From assembly GCF_009914755.1 (NCBI RefSeq), contig NC_060933.1: a stretch of DNA of 64,000 nt. One strand, 5' to 3'. A program made the position numbers and the translations under genes. The stretch's first letter is position 1; the number at the start of each line of letters is the position of its first letter. Of this stretch, positions 29,611-44,676 are shown piece after piece. Source of the DNA: the human T2T-CHM13v2.0 reference genome, Homo sapiens. The notes under the pieces are model-generated. The model searched no databases and was not told where the DNA came from. It saw only the letters and a list, made by a program, of their open reading frames with translations.

Positions 29611-31762
29611 TTTTTTAAAAATTTGAAGTTTGTCTACATTGGAAATTTAGAGTCAAAGATTGTGGCATTTCTATATTTGTGTGTGCATGTGTGTGTTGCT
29701 TCATTTATGATAATATCCTTAGCTATTATGTCAAAAGCTGACTTTTTTTTTAAGTGCATTTCAACTCCAAAGTAATACTGAGGGGAAAATAGCAAGCATA
29801 AATCAGAACATCAAAGTAAGTCCCATCATGCCTACAGTGTACAAATAGCTGTTGATGAGTTTGCCATGCTTACTGAACTGAATAAGTATAAAAGCTTTTC
29901 ATGTGCATTCCTGTTTTCAGGCCCAATACAGTACGTTAACCTCAGAATATCAAATTGAATCAGAGGTTCTGAGAAGAGCAGCCTGAAAAGCCGTTAGAAT
30001 GACACTCTTCATTACACTATCTAGATTCAGGTTTCAGACAACCATAACCGGGGCTTTCCCAACCTCTCACCTAAAGTCAAATGTGCACAGCCACCCAAAT
30101 CACTGCCTGCCTTCCTGCAAGGGCTCCCAGACCTCTTAAAGTGGGAAGTCCACCCAGTCCCGGAAAGCTGAGCCCGGAATTATAAAGAACCTTTTTGTGA
30201 TGACATTCTTCCTGGCGAGTCTCAAATAAACAGCCCCTGCAAGGCAGCTTGCCACACAGTGTGTCAGCACATATTATGCAGTCTGGTGCTGAGTGGATGT
30301 GTCAGCTGCCCATTAGACCACACTAAAATAGTATTGCTGGGAGCCTGAAGCATGAAGCATGATATTAGATAAAGTGATGAAATTTCACTCGATTAAAGAG
30401 CCGGGTCAAGGACAGTTACCTCAGGAAATTCCTTTTTTCCTCGAATATTCTCACAACTTTGATGAATTTATCATTTTCTTGCTTATTTTTCATTATTGTC
30501 TGGGGCTTTGTGAACAATAAAATGTGCCCTCAGCAGGCACTGACATATTGGAGTGATCAGAATCATAGGTTATGTTGATTCAAAGAAGGAAAGGGAAAAA
30601 AAGACGAGATTGACATTGCTGCAGGTCAAAAGCCCTTGGAAATGTTGGATTGATTTGTTTAGACGTTGTTTGATTTCTCTCTCTCTTTTTCTTTCTCTAG
30701 CTCTTTTTTTCCCCTCAAGTAGAGGGATAGGAAAAAGAACAGAGAAGGGTAATCTTTTTTATTTTAGGCCAGTTGAAGGAGAGAAACAGAAGCATATGGC
30801 TTGGCAGAAATTTTTATTTTTATTTATTTGATTTATAAGGACAGGCGAGAAATGCTTCTTGCAAAGGGCTTCTTTTATCAAAAGGACTTGCAGGCTGAAA
30901 GTAAATGACTACATACCTGCACTGCTTTTTAAACCAGGGTTAGCAAACCACATCTAGCTGGAGTAAAGCTGACTGGCTGCTCTCCATAGTAGGAAAAAAA
31001 AAAAACAAAACAAAAACAACCCACTTTGGTTTATTAGTGTTTTACTCTGACATAATTTCATTTACAACAACATTTGAGAGACAAAAGAAAGGAAATGTGA
31101 ATATTCAGAGCAGTTTTTGTTCTATCCTTAGAGCTCAATTCTACAATCCTTCCATCCCCCATTTTGCCACTAAAGGTAGAGTTCTTGCCAGCCAGACATC
31201 CCAGGAAAACCAAGCAGCACCAAGCCCAGCTAACGGGACCATGTTGAATTCTAATGCAGTTGGTTCAGTTGGTCCTTCTTCAGGTCAGAAAATTGCTTTA
31301 GGCAAATGCGCTGGTCTGGCGGACTGGGAACACTTTGGAGGTTTAAGTTTTTAGCACCATGTGGGGGTGATTACAAACTCTGAACTCAATGAGTGACTGA
31401 GTAGCCTTACTTCTGTGAATTTCCCATGTAATATTTTAATTCTGGTGCTCCAATTCCATTCTAGTATGTAACATGCTTGAGTTTTTAAGACTCCTCTTTC
31501 TTTCTTATAAGTATACCAGCATAGAATACCTCTTCTAACATACAAGACTGTAATGAATATGAAATAAGGTCATCTATTTCCAGATATGTTGTTCCTAAGA
31601 AGAAAGGTGTTATCTAAATTCTAAATAGTGCCATGATTATATTTTTATAATAATAACCTTACATTTTAATATAATAATCTTACATTTTAATATTGAGGGA
31701 CAAAAAATTCACATGACCCAGTGAGCTGTACTTACTTGGACTATGAACCAGAGATGCACTTA

Positions 31763-32095
<333 letters not shown>

Positions 32096-35000
32096 TTACA
32101 TTAATGTTTATATAAATTAAATTTCTTTTTCATAACAGCACCCGTTCATTAGGTGAGAGTTGATGTCTAAGGAAGAAATAAATAACAGCCTGGTGGGACA
32201 GGCAGGAAATGCAGGACGAGGAGTGTAATGTTGGTACTTCAGTTTTCTCATAATTGATAGGACAAAAGTGAGACATCAAAAAATTTTTTCTTTTAATTAC
32301 AGGAAAAAAAGCCTGCACAGAGACGTTAGACAACTGCTTTCAGATCTGATCAACTGTAATCTAATTTTTCTTTTCTTTCTTCCTCTTGAGCCAAGGGGGT
32401 TTTGTTTTTTGTTTTTAAAATATTGAAGTAGTTTGAAAGATGGGAAGGCAGTTGTGCTAAATTTTCTATTATTAGCATGGAAGTGATAACAGCTTTCTTA
32501 CCCCTTGGGAGAAGAGGTGGCAGTTGGAAGCCGAGGAATGCTCAGTGCTGTGTCGGCACACTTTTCACCAAAACAAAAAACGGAGTAAGAATATCTGCCT
32601 GTAATAAAATAATGAGTCTGTTACTTTTCCTCAGTATGAAGTGAGCGTTAAATATACACATATTATTAGGCAAAAGAGAGCACCACGAAATCAGTGGAGT
32701 TTTAAACCCTCCCTCTCCTGTCCGGTGGACACCAGGACTGCTTGGCTGCAACCCTCTGTCTTCTCAAGGCTCTAAGGGCAAGCAGCACCATCTCCCCAGT
32801 GTGTTTTTCACTAGTTGCTTGCTTTGGGATCTTGATTTCTTTGCTAGAGTCTTTTTATTTTGGCCTGGCAAAATCCTTCACTAAGCTACAGAATGCAGAG
32901 AGTGCATACCAGGGGTGAGTTGCCAACATAAGGCTTAGTCAGTAAGGTGCAGGAGGAGGCATTTGATACACATTTCCCTCCTCTTCACCAAACACCTGGG
33001 CAGCACTCTGCAAGAATTGTATTCTATTTACGGTCATCTTGCTTATGATGAAAATTATATGTTTCATCCCAAGCAACAATGAAAAAATTACTTTGAAACC
33101 TCTCACTGGCACTTCTAATGAACACAATAAATAGAAGAATATGCTCATCAAAAATTGTTCTCCTTTTCTCCATGATAAACCCAATAAATATTTCATTAGA
33201 AGAAGGGTTTAGCTTCTCATGTGAATTGTGAAATCTCTTGGGTTATATTAAGGCTGTAAATGTAGTTCAAAGCAGCTCAGAGTCTCGCTTTAGGGGATGG
33301 GTGCTTTTTATTTTTTATCCTTTCCCTAGAGGGTCTGATTAGCCCAGAGCTCATTTGGTGCAATAATGGAACAGGAAATTTTCTACGAGCGACTGCAACA
33401 GAGTTCCAGTTGAGAGTTTGCTACCTTGGGAGAATCAGGTCATTCTCATATCTGCTGGGGAAACGCATGCTCCCCAAGAGAAAGGAATTGGAAAAATAAA
33501 TTCTTCTGACAAGTGGAGAACTTCTGCTGCAGAATGTTTCTGAACCTTGCCAGAGGGGGAGATTTTGTCTTCCTGATCTGATTGCCCTAGCATTTTCCCC
33601 TCTTCCTTTAAAATTTTGTGTTTTTATTTTATTTATTTTGTTTTAACATAAGATAACTGAAAGGTCTAAATGCTCTAATGTGCATTCTTCTAATGTGAAG
33701 CGCTCATCATTTCAGTTCTGAACACCGATTTCTGTCACTTTGGCCAACACGAAGGAAGAGGCACACTTCTTTTCCTCACTGACACCTCTGATGACATGAT
33801 ACACAAATGATGGACTATGTAATAATTTAACCATGCCTGATCTTTCTGCCTGGGGCACTTGCAGTACTTAAAGCCTCAGTGGGTCTTTATTTTTTATATC
33901 ACTCAAATAGAGAAACCATGGTATGTAAAATTCACCTATTTTTAAATCTTTAACATGGAGATTTCATTTTTTTTCTTATTGCTGACCAACTATCCCCATA
34001 AGCGAAAGTGGTAGAGTTCTAGTTAGAAGGAGATTCCACAAATATTTTAATTATCATTTTTTCCTTCGTTAATGTCTGGGGTTTTCGTATGAGCTCTCTC
34101 CTTTATCTGGGCACTGTGCAGAGGAGAAATTGCGTGTCCTTCAATCTTCAGGGTGATCCGTTGGTTTTGTCACTTTGATTATTTTCTTTCCCAAGTACTA
34201 CACAGCATATGTTTTCTGCTGGATTCAGCTAAATTCATTCCCCTCTGGTTCACTGTGTTGCAGATGATGTGATGTACCAGGGATCTTGCTTGAAGCCAGT
34301 GCTAGATTTCTTAAGAGCACTTGAGCACCTCTTGAATGACATAGGAATTCCTCTGACACAACTGACATGGTGATTCTTTTAGGACAAGGACATGCCATTT
34401 TTTTTCTTCTTCTTCTTTCCTGGTGTATCCAGGCAGGATTTAATATAGAGATGGATGAGTAGACAGAAAGGAAGATGAGGTAGGTCTTACAGATCTGTCT
34501 TTTAAATTAACAAAAGCCACAAAAATATTAAGAATTAAGCTACATTTGAAGAGGCCTCAGGAGAAATCTGTTAGTCTCCAAGACCCAATGGCATTTAAAT
34601 ACACTCAAGACAAAGCCATGAAGTGTCAAATTGGTCATGAACTTCATCACAAAGTGTGGAAACCAAGAGGATGAAAAAACAGGAAGGCCTTAACCAATTT
34701 AGATGTTGTCAAAGAGCATTCTTAGAAGCCCTGTCTGAAAGATGTTAGTTTTGCCTAATGCCGATTATCACCTAATTCCAACTGAGATTGAATTTCAGAC
34801 TGTGAGTAGTAAAGGTGAGAGGAGGAGTGGAGACTGGTGGTCAGCGGAGTTGAGAGGTGGGAGCTCTGGCCACTGGGAAACAGATGTTGCAATTTTTAAT
34901 GGGTTGGTCAATGTCATTGACAAGATGGCATTTGATTAAGGCCTTGAAGGAGAGGATCAAGTCAGCCTTATAGAAACTTCGGAATGGAGACAAATCAAGT

Positions 35001-35386
35001 CAAAGGCCCTGAGGTAAGGGTGTACCTGGTTGAGTTTGAAGAAAACTGAGGAGGTCAAATTTCATGGAATGTTGCTGTAAAGGGGAAATAGAGGATAATA
35101 TGGGGGTAAGGAGGGGTTCTTTTTAAGACACTTGACACTGATGGGCATGACCCAGTACAGAGGAAGAAATTCTTGATGTAGGGAGAGTGATGGGAGAGGA
35201 GAAGTTTCAGGAGTCGGGTTTACGTAAGAGAGAGGAGATGGAATCTAGGATGCATGTGAAGTGTTGGCTTTAGGGAGAAGCTTAGACAGTTCAGCTATAG
35301 CAGCAGGAGGGAAGGACAAACATATGGACACTGTTTCCAGTAAGGAAGGAGATTTGGGGTCAGGAGCTTGGGAAGCTCTTTTCTGA

Positions 35387-35420
35387 TGTGTGTGTGTGTG
35401 TGTGTGTGTGCGTGTGCGTG
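35387..35420. repeat. (TG)n microsatellite
   Basis: Directly visible. Confidence 0.95.
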
Positions 35421-35503
35421 AGTGCAAGTTAAGTCATCAATGGAGAGTAAGGATGGAAAATATGTGTTGGAGGTTTGAGAAGAAAGAAAAAGTCAAGAAA
35501 TAA

Positions 35504-36016
<513 letters not shown>

Positions 36017-36123
36017 TTAGGGTAACAGGGGAGTGAATGGATTATGGAAATATGGAATGATTGATGGGCAGAGCTCGAGACCTTTTTGAAGGTAGGGGTC
36101 ATCAACTTAAAATGAGATCAGTC

Positions 36124-36179
36124 AGCAAGCTGTGTGGCTTTCTCCAGCCGTAGCAAGCTGTGTGGCTTTCTCCAGCCGT
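36124..36179. repeat. Perfect 28-bp tandem duplication
   Basis: agcaagctgtgtggctttctccagccgt x2, identical. Confidence 0.97.
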
Positions 36180-37609
36180 GGCCATCTGTGTTGGTGTGCA
36201 GAGTAAACTGAGTTGATTTAACCTGGCCTTGGGCCTTGTTAATCTTCTTAACAAGATTGTTAAGAATGTATGCAAGAGTGTGAGATGATGGACCATCAGA
36301 TCTAATCTAGGTGGGGGAGGAAATTGAGGGACCAAGAAAAGCTTAAGCAGTCAATGGCTAATAGCTCCTAGTGGGGTCAAGGTTTCTTGGAGTTGGGGCA
36401 TTGGTGAGAGTGAGCTGGAAAGACAGAATGGTTGAAATTGTAGTTATGGATTGCTTTACTAGTAATGATAAGGATAGAGTATGGCATTTGGAGGGAGTGG
36501 TTGAGGCAGGGTGGAAAATGTGAGAGTTGGAAAAGAGGGCCTCGAAAAACCGAGTCTAGGACATTGGAAAGATCATATATATATATGGATATTGAAATTA
36601 CCAAATATGTTGGAGAAGTGGTGGTGAGTTAGGTGCTAAAATCTTCAAGGAATTAGGGGAGTGACCTGTGGATCTGTAGGTAACAGGAATAAGCTAAAAT
36701 GGTGCTTGGTAAGGACTAATCACATGGTAATAAAAGATCAGAACTTTGTGTTGTTGTTTGTTCTTGTGGCGGGAAAAAGGATGTTCCAGTGGCAGTATGA
36801 AAGCAGAACACCTGCCCCTACCTCCAGATCTGGCATTACGAGAACCTTGCAAGATACCACAGCTACCACTTTCAGACTGCTGGGTAAAAGCAAGTGGTTT
36901 CCTGAGAGTCTGTCCATTTACAGCGAGAAGTGAAAAAAAGTTCTGAGAAGAAGTGAGGAGGAGCTAACAATTGAGCATGACTTCCAGAAGACAGTGTGGA
37001 CTGGTTTCAGGTATTTGGGATGAGTGGCAGAGTGGATGAGAAAAGGGAGACTATAGAGATAATTGAGAATAAGGGTCCAGGAAGATCAGAGTTGATTGGG
37101 AGCTGCAGGCTCCTTGTGAAGTTTGATGTACATGAGAGAATGGCAAAACAAGATTTGCCTTGATGTTCTCAATGTAAGCACTGAGGAGAAGGCTTGGAGT
37201 GTTCCAGGACAGTGAGTGGTGGAGTCTTGCTGGGAGTGTTCTGAGCCTTTCTCTTTATTCCTGACAGTGGTGATGTGGGGCCCAGGATGGCAGTCTTATC
37301 CTGAATGCTTGGAAATCAGGGAGAGGTGTGGAGACCAGGGGAGTTTAATCTTTTTCAGTTGAATGTGTGGATGGCTCTTCAATCGAGTAGATTTGAAAGT
37401 GTGTAATGGAAAACGGTGTTGGAAATGAGTTGAGGAGTAGATGAGTCAAGGCTACTCTAATTTCAATGCCCCAAACCATGCCCAGCTCAAAAGTCACAGG
37501 GTGGTAATAACAGTTCCACTTTTCTATTCTTGTTAACATTAAGCCTCAGAAATAAATAAAAATGGGGGCCTGTCTTCAGCATATCAAAAGCAGCTAAATT
37601 TGTGTCCAT

Positions 37610-37715
37610 TTATCCTTTCATTGTTGTGAGATCAAGCAGTTGCACTTCAAGTGCATTCACTGATATAATTTCCAGCAGGAGAGACCACTTCATTCCACAT
37701 TGGTGCCCCACTCAT
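37610..37715 (+). repeat. 106-bp inverted repeat, left arm (putative donor)
   Basis: Reverse complement of 39013-39118 with 4 transitions. Confidence 0.97.
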
Positions 37716-38344
37716 GCTCCCAGCATGTACCATACAAAGAGACATCTGGTTTGCAGAGATGCTCTTAGGAACCAGCATGGTTTGGTGGCTTGAGCACAGG
37801 TCCTGGGTGTGAGGAGTGTGCCGAAGATGCAATAAGGCATACTTTTCTGGGGATGCACACCCGGACTGCAGAGAGGGGGCTACCAAAAAGCAGTTGGCTT
37901 GGATGCAAAATACTTTCAGAACAGGTAGCCCCAGTGGAAGCCTCTTCAACCCTGGCAAGAATTCCAAGTTTTGAGAGTGGTGCACACTCAATTTTCACAC
38001 TGTATGTGAGCCATTGCTTTGTGTGGAAATGCTTGAATGCAAATAGAATTCTTGTAATGTGCCTTTAGTGGCGTAATATTGCATGCAGGGCAACAAGCCT
38101 TAATGCACTGCCTCCCTCACAGCTAGGCTTAATAAGTGGCAAGAGAATGGCCTGATGCAAAAATTAATACCTTTTAATGAGTCAAGATTGATTCTAGAAT
38201 TTAAAGAAGTATTCCATGTTTTCAAATAAACAGGTAATAGAGAAAACTCTGGACAGCTATTGGCAATTTTGAATATCTGCAGAGAGCTAGAGGGATGACA
38301 GAAAGAGATTTGCTTCTTTAAGGCCTGTTTTAAAAATGAAACAA

Positions 38345-38787
38345 TACCTTATAGTTCCAATTATATGACTTTCTGGGAAAGACGAAACTATGAAGACGGT
38401 AGAAGGATCCGTGGTTGCCAGAGGGTTTGGGGTTGGGGGTTAGGGTTGCATAGGTGATGCACAGAGAACTTTAAAGTAGTGAAAATACTCTGCAGGATAC
38501 TGTAATTACACAAATGTATAATGAATATGTGTCATTATACATTTGCTCAAGCCCATGAAATGTATAAAAGCAAGAGCGAACCCTGTTGTATACTATGAAC
38601 TTTGGGTGATGTGATGTGTCACTGTAGATTCATCAGTTACAACACATGTACTACTCTGGTGGAGGATGCTCATAATGGGGGAGGTTGTATTCACGTTATG
38701 GGGGCAAGGGATATATTGGATATCTCTGTAACTTCCTCTCAATTTTGCTGTGAACCTAGAATTGCTCTAAAAAAGTCGTAAAAAAAC
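38345..38787 (+). mobile_element. L1MC1-type 3' end
   Basis: gtggttgccagagg...gtcattatacatttg...caattttgctgtgaacctagaattgctctaaaaa. Confidence 0.85.
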
Positions 38788-38819
38788 ATAAAACCCTTTG
38801 AATCCTTAAGATCTCTTTC

Positions 38820-39190
38820 TCACTTGCTTCCTCTTCTCTTACTGTAACTATTAACCACTGTGAACAGTTTCATTAACAGGAACACCTTTGGCAACCAGTC
38901 CCTGGTGATGAACATTTAGGCAGATTTTATTTTGCAGCTACTACAGCAAAACTGCGGTGGACTTCCTTGTGCAGATGTATTTTTGTGCACTAAGGCAAAT
39001 CTATCTTGCCTTATGAGTGGGGCACCAATGTGGAATGAAGTGGTCTCTCCTGCTAGAAATTATACCAGTGAATGCACTTGAGGTGCAACTGCTTGATCTC
39101 ACAGCAATGAAAGGATAACCGCCTAAAAGTATAATTTCTGGTTTAAAGAATGTATGCATATATTTTTAGTTTGATAAATAAGGCATTTTA
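38820..39190 (-). mobile_element. L1ME-type fragment interrupted by the 106-bp insert
   Basis: gatgaacatttaggcagatttt...ccttgtgcagatgtatttttgtgcac...tctatct then aggataaccgcctaaaagtataatttctggtttaaagaatgtatgcat, continuous L1 text across the insert. Confidence 0.7.
39013..39118 (-). repeat. 106-bp inverted repeat, right arm (putative inserted copy)
   Basis: Reverse complement of 37610-37715. Confidence 0.97.
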
Positions 39191-40063
39191 TTTTAGGTTC
39201 ACAGTGTTCCAGCAAAGCAATAAGTAAACGATGAATTAAAAAATGTAAAACTAGGTAAAGGAAAAGATAAGTGGCAGGGAAAAAATACAATGGGTTAATG
39301 AGCAAATGAAAAGATACACAATCTTACTCATCACTAAAGAAATGAAAATTAAAACAAGATATCATTTTACTCATAAAATTGATAAATATTTATGAGTTTG
39401 ATCCCACATGGCATTGGTGAGAGGGTGGGAACCCAGCATACGCGTGCCTTCCTGATGGCGGTGTGAACCATCTCACTTGTTTTGGAAGGCACTTCAGCAA
39501 GAATTTTGCCAGTGTTTTAACTTTCTAATGCCCTGCAACTTGGCCTCGAGCTACACTCTGCTAACTTGATCAGAGGAAGATCTTCTTTGGGCACCAATGA
39601 TAGTTTATTTTTCAGTTTGGAAAGCTGTCTGACTTACCTCATTATGAATCAATGTATCAGTTTAACTCTGAAGGCAAAGGCAATTTTATTTCATTCATTT
39701 AATAGATGTTTGTTAGGCAGCTGCTGTGTGCCTCTGGGAACACAGTAGCGATCAGTGGGCATGGCAGGCAAGGCCTTTGCTCTCAAAGAATTTTTATTTT
39801 GATGGAGGAAGGCAGGCAACAAGCAAACACACAGATATATGATCAATAGCAGGAGAGAGCAAGTACTGTGGTGGAATCAAAACAGGCGAAGTGATGGCAA
39901 GTGGCTGGGGGATATTGAGATCAGTGGCCAGAGGGTCACTCCAGAGATATGACATTCAAGCTAAATGCTAGATGACAAGAGAGAGCTGGCCATGCCAAGA
40001 CCTGGAGAGGTCTTGCAAGCAGAGGGCACAGCATGGCCGAAGGTCCTGGGGGCAGGAAGCCAG

Positions 40064-40413
40064 CGTTAGGGATTGAATAGTGTTCTCCCAAAATTCATAT
40101 GTTCAAGCCCTGATCTTCAATGTGACTGTATTTGGAGACAGGGCCTTTAAAATGGTAATTAAAGCTTTCTGAGGTCATAAAGGTGGGGCCCTAATCCGAA
40201 AGAATTGGTGTCCCTATAGGAAGAGACCCAGGGATGTGTGTGCACAGAGGAAAGACACTGTGAGGAGACAGTGAGGAGATTATGTGAGGAGACTAAACTT
40301 GCAGCCACCTTGACTTGGACGTCCAGGCTCCAGAACTGTGAGAAAATAAGTGCCTATTGTTTGAACCACACAGTCTGTGGTATTTTGTTAATCAGCCTGA
40401 ACTGATCAAGGCA
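40064..40413 (+). mobile_element. MLT1A/MLT1A0 MaLR solo LTR
   Basis: cccaaaattcatatgttcaagccct...tccagaactgtgagaaaataag...cagtctgtggtattttgtta; near-TSD gccag/accag. Confidence 0.88.
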
Positions 40414-40556
40414 ACCAGTATGGCTAAAGCCTCATGACCACTTGGTAACAGAGGACTAGAATGAGCAGGGCTTTGAGGACTGGCATAAAGATGCTGGATG
40501 TGGTTTTCAGTGTGATGGGACACTACGGGGGGCAGGGGTTAAGTTTAGAATTCTCA

Positions 40557-41060
<504 letters not shown>

Positions 41061-41065
41061 CTACC

Positions 41066-41336
41066 CAGTGGTGCACCCAGGAAGGGCAGTGGGTGTGGTC
41101 TGTCCTCGTGCCTGCAATAGGGGGTGCATTGTCTGGAGAGAATTTAAAGACAGTGGTAGTAATGACAGTCCTCTGCTTCATATTATCATCATGCTCTGAC
41201 ACTTCTAGACAATGTTTGGGATAGAACATTCCTCAACATGAACATGGACATCTCCTGTCATCTCCCAGTACCCACCATCTCACTCCCTTGGCCCAGACGC
41301 TGGGGCGGGAGCGTGAGCCCAGTAACTGCACCACTA
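41066..41336. mobile_element. hAT-Tip100 MITE, MER97-like
   Basis: TIR-like ends cagtggtgca / tgcaccacta; gcaatagggggtgcattgtctggagagaatttaaa resembles recalled MER97. Confidence 0.55.
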
Positions 41337-42420
41337 GTGCTGTGAGGCAAACTGAGGGCCTCAAATTCTCACCTATTAGGCTAGCGACTTCCTCTCCATC
41401 CCTGAAGGGTGAGTGGATAAAGATGTGAGTGGAGAAAAACCAGAATCTCTCCTGCCAACACTTCCCTGCACAGTGAGACAGCATGAGCACAGACAGGTCG
41501 AGAGATGGCCAGGTGTTCCCAAATTCTCCTCAGCTTTCTGTTCTCTCTCAAACTTTTGGACTGATGGTCAAGCATATGATCAGCCAAGGACATAGCTGTC
41601 CCCAGAGAGAAGGGGTCAGCAGCACCAGGGCCACTCTGCTCCTTCTCCTGGGCCACTGCCCAATACCCGACAAGACTCTGAGGATCGTGTCCTGGCCCTA
41701 GAGACCCATGCAGTTCAGTTTTCACTCCAGTAGAATAGAGAAGGGTTACAAAAAGATGTTAACTTATTTCAAAGGCCAAGCTGAATTTTAGGCTGAGTTC
41801 ATGCCTCGGCCAATACCCAGGCACACTAACCAAAATAGCTTATCCAAGATTAGGGACTGGATCAAAATAATGCACTATTGGTTCCCCAATATCAAGACTA
41901 GATAACTTGTCTCTTTACTAAAGTCCTAGAAGAAATTAGAGCTCAAAAGTGACATAAAAATGGAACTCCCCTTTCCCTTGTCAACCAAAGAAGCATAATT
42001 CTAAAATACCTTCCTCCTCCATCTCCCATTCTGCTCAGAGTCAGTCTTGCCTGGCTGTTGCAGGCTGCTCTGATTTCTAGGGAAGTGCTGCAGCTGCTAT
42101 ATCCTCCTAAGAGTAGATTCAGCCAACCCCAGAGCTCTAATGTGTCCCAGGTTCCCAAAGGGTCAAAAAGTCACCCTGACTCATGAGATGATTGATCAGA
42201 GCATCAGACCCATACAAACACCATTTATACATAATCTCCACAGCAAAAGCATTTCACAAATAGAAGCGATGTTCCCCTCTTACTTTAGCCAGCAATGGAT
42301 CAAAGCAGAGAGTTGGTGGTGTTATGTGGAGGAAGTAGCACAGAGGAAAAAAAAAGTACGAAGGGAAAAATCATCTTGTCTTTGGATTTGCCTGTGTGCC
42401 AGTTACTCTATGCCAGCTGT

Positions 42421-42731
42421 CTGGAGTATACAACATGTTCACTTAAACTCAATTGGAAAAATTTTCCATCATGAGGTTCAACATACTGCCATATGCTCCT
42501 ACCCGAGCCTTACATAAGGCCAAAGCTTCCTTCGCCTGCGCCGCTGCTGAGAACTTTCTCTTTCCGAATCCTGAGAAGTGAAGACCTCTGCCTGCCATGT
42601 GCTTCTTTTCTCAAACTTGCAGTAACTGTGGATTTCTTTAGCTCATTCTGGCTGACATAACCCCCAAAACATGTGATTCAGTGGTCCCTGAGAAATAAGA
42701 ACCCCAAAAGCTTTTCCTTTTTCCAATTTTT
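42421..42731 (+). repeat. ~310-bp inverted repeat, left arm (putative donor)
   Basis: Reverse complement of 46241-46550, ~90% identity by manual alignment. Confidence 0.97.
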
Positions 42732-42963
42732 TTCTTAATTCCCCCAGGCTTTGAATAAATTTAGCTGCCCAAGTGGCAGCACAAAATCCCTTTAACCACC
42801 CATGTCCTGATACATTAAATCCATAGCAATGGACTAAGGGGAAAAACTAAGCAAGTAACCTTGCCTCTCACATGCTCAACTCTCCAAACATCTCATCCAT
42901 TTGAATTCTCCAACATTTGGATGTTTCTAGGCCCTTGAGATGAGTCTTCTTTAACTCTATTAA

Positions 42964-43328
<365 letters not shown>

Positions 43329-44676
43329 TAAGGCCTTATTCTTTCTAGGGCTGTAGTCTGTGAAAGGCTCTGTGAGATCCTGAATTCCTGGAGAAATTAG
43401 ATGGTCCAAGAAAACTTAACTGATGCCAGATGAGAAGTCTTTATCACTGCTCCAGACCAGATCCCTGCTTATTCATTTTGAGATTCCAAATAAACAGTGA
43501 GTTCCTTTTAGTTATAATTCCACCTGTGGCCAACTGCATTAGGATCCCTGGCACAGGTGCAGATGATTCTCAATTGCTGGGGCCTATGATTGCTAAGTCC
43601 AGATTCCTTGGCCTTGTCATTCTAGAGCTGCCATAATGATCTACACTGTAAGCAGCAGAAGAATTGGAACAGAGAGAGGAGTGTGGCCTGCATCTCACTC
43701 ACCACAACCAATGGAACTAGAAAAAAGCTCATGCTTCTCTTGAGCATGTGGGAGTGAAAAAGGAAGCTGATCATTTAGTTTCTGCTTTGGAGGCATGGAG
43801 ATCCTGCCTTCTACTAAAAGTGGTCAAATGAATGTCTTGTCCTTTGTCCCAAATAGCTCCATAAACAAGGACTAAAAGCTTGCCTGTAAAAGACAGTTTG
43901 TGGGTCCCATGCAGATATGTAGATATGTGTCAGTATTAGCCTGTTTGTATTGCTATAAAGGAATACCTGAGGCTGAATAATTTATAAAGAAAAGAGGTTG
44001 ATTTGGCTCTTAGTTCTGCAGATTGCACAGAAAGCATGGGACCAACATCTGTCCCTGGTGAGGGCTTCAGGAAGCTTTTACTCATGGTGGAAGGCAAAGG
44101 GGAGCTGGTGTGTGCAGAGATTATATGGCAAGAGAGGAAACAAGAGAGGGGAGAGAGGTGCCAGGCTCTTTCTAACAACCAGCTCTCACAAGTACTAATA
44201 GAGCTACCACTCACTCATTACCTGAGAACTGCACCAAGCCATTCATGAGGGATCTGCACCCACAAACCAAACACCTCCTATCAGGCCCCACCTCCAATAT
44301 TGGAGATCAAATTTCAACATGAGACTTGGTGGGGCCAAACAAATCATACCCAAACCACAGGATTTTGCCCCTGGTCTTCCAAATCTCATGTTTTTCTCAC
44401 ATGCAAAATACAATCATCCATTCTAATAGTCCTTAAAAGTCTTAACTTGTTCTATCATCAACTCAAAAGTCCAAAGTGTAAAGTTTCATCTGAAACTCAA
44501 GGAAAGTCTCTTAAGCTGTGAGCCTGTAAAATAAAAAACAAGTAATTTACTTCCAAGATATAATGGTGATACAGACATTGGGTAAACATTTCCATTTCAA
44601 GAAGGAGAAATCAGCCAAAAGAAAAGGGCAATAGGCCCTGCCCAAGTCTGAAACTCAGCAGGGCAGACATTAAATC

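Noticed and set aside
34255-34375. Possible exon after ttcactgtgttgcag
   Set aside because: Weak splice signals and no neighbouring exons identifiable; cannot be supported without transcript data.
37610-39118. 106-bp arms as TIRs of a novel 1.5-kb DNA transposon
   Set aside because: No TSD, no transposase, and the L1 fragment inside continues outside the right arm.
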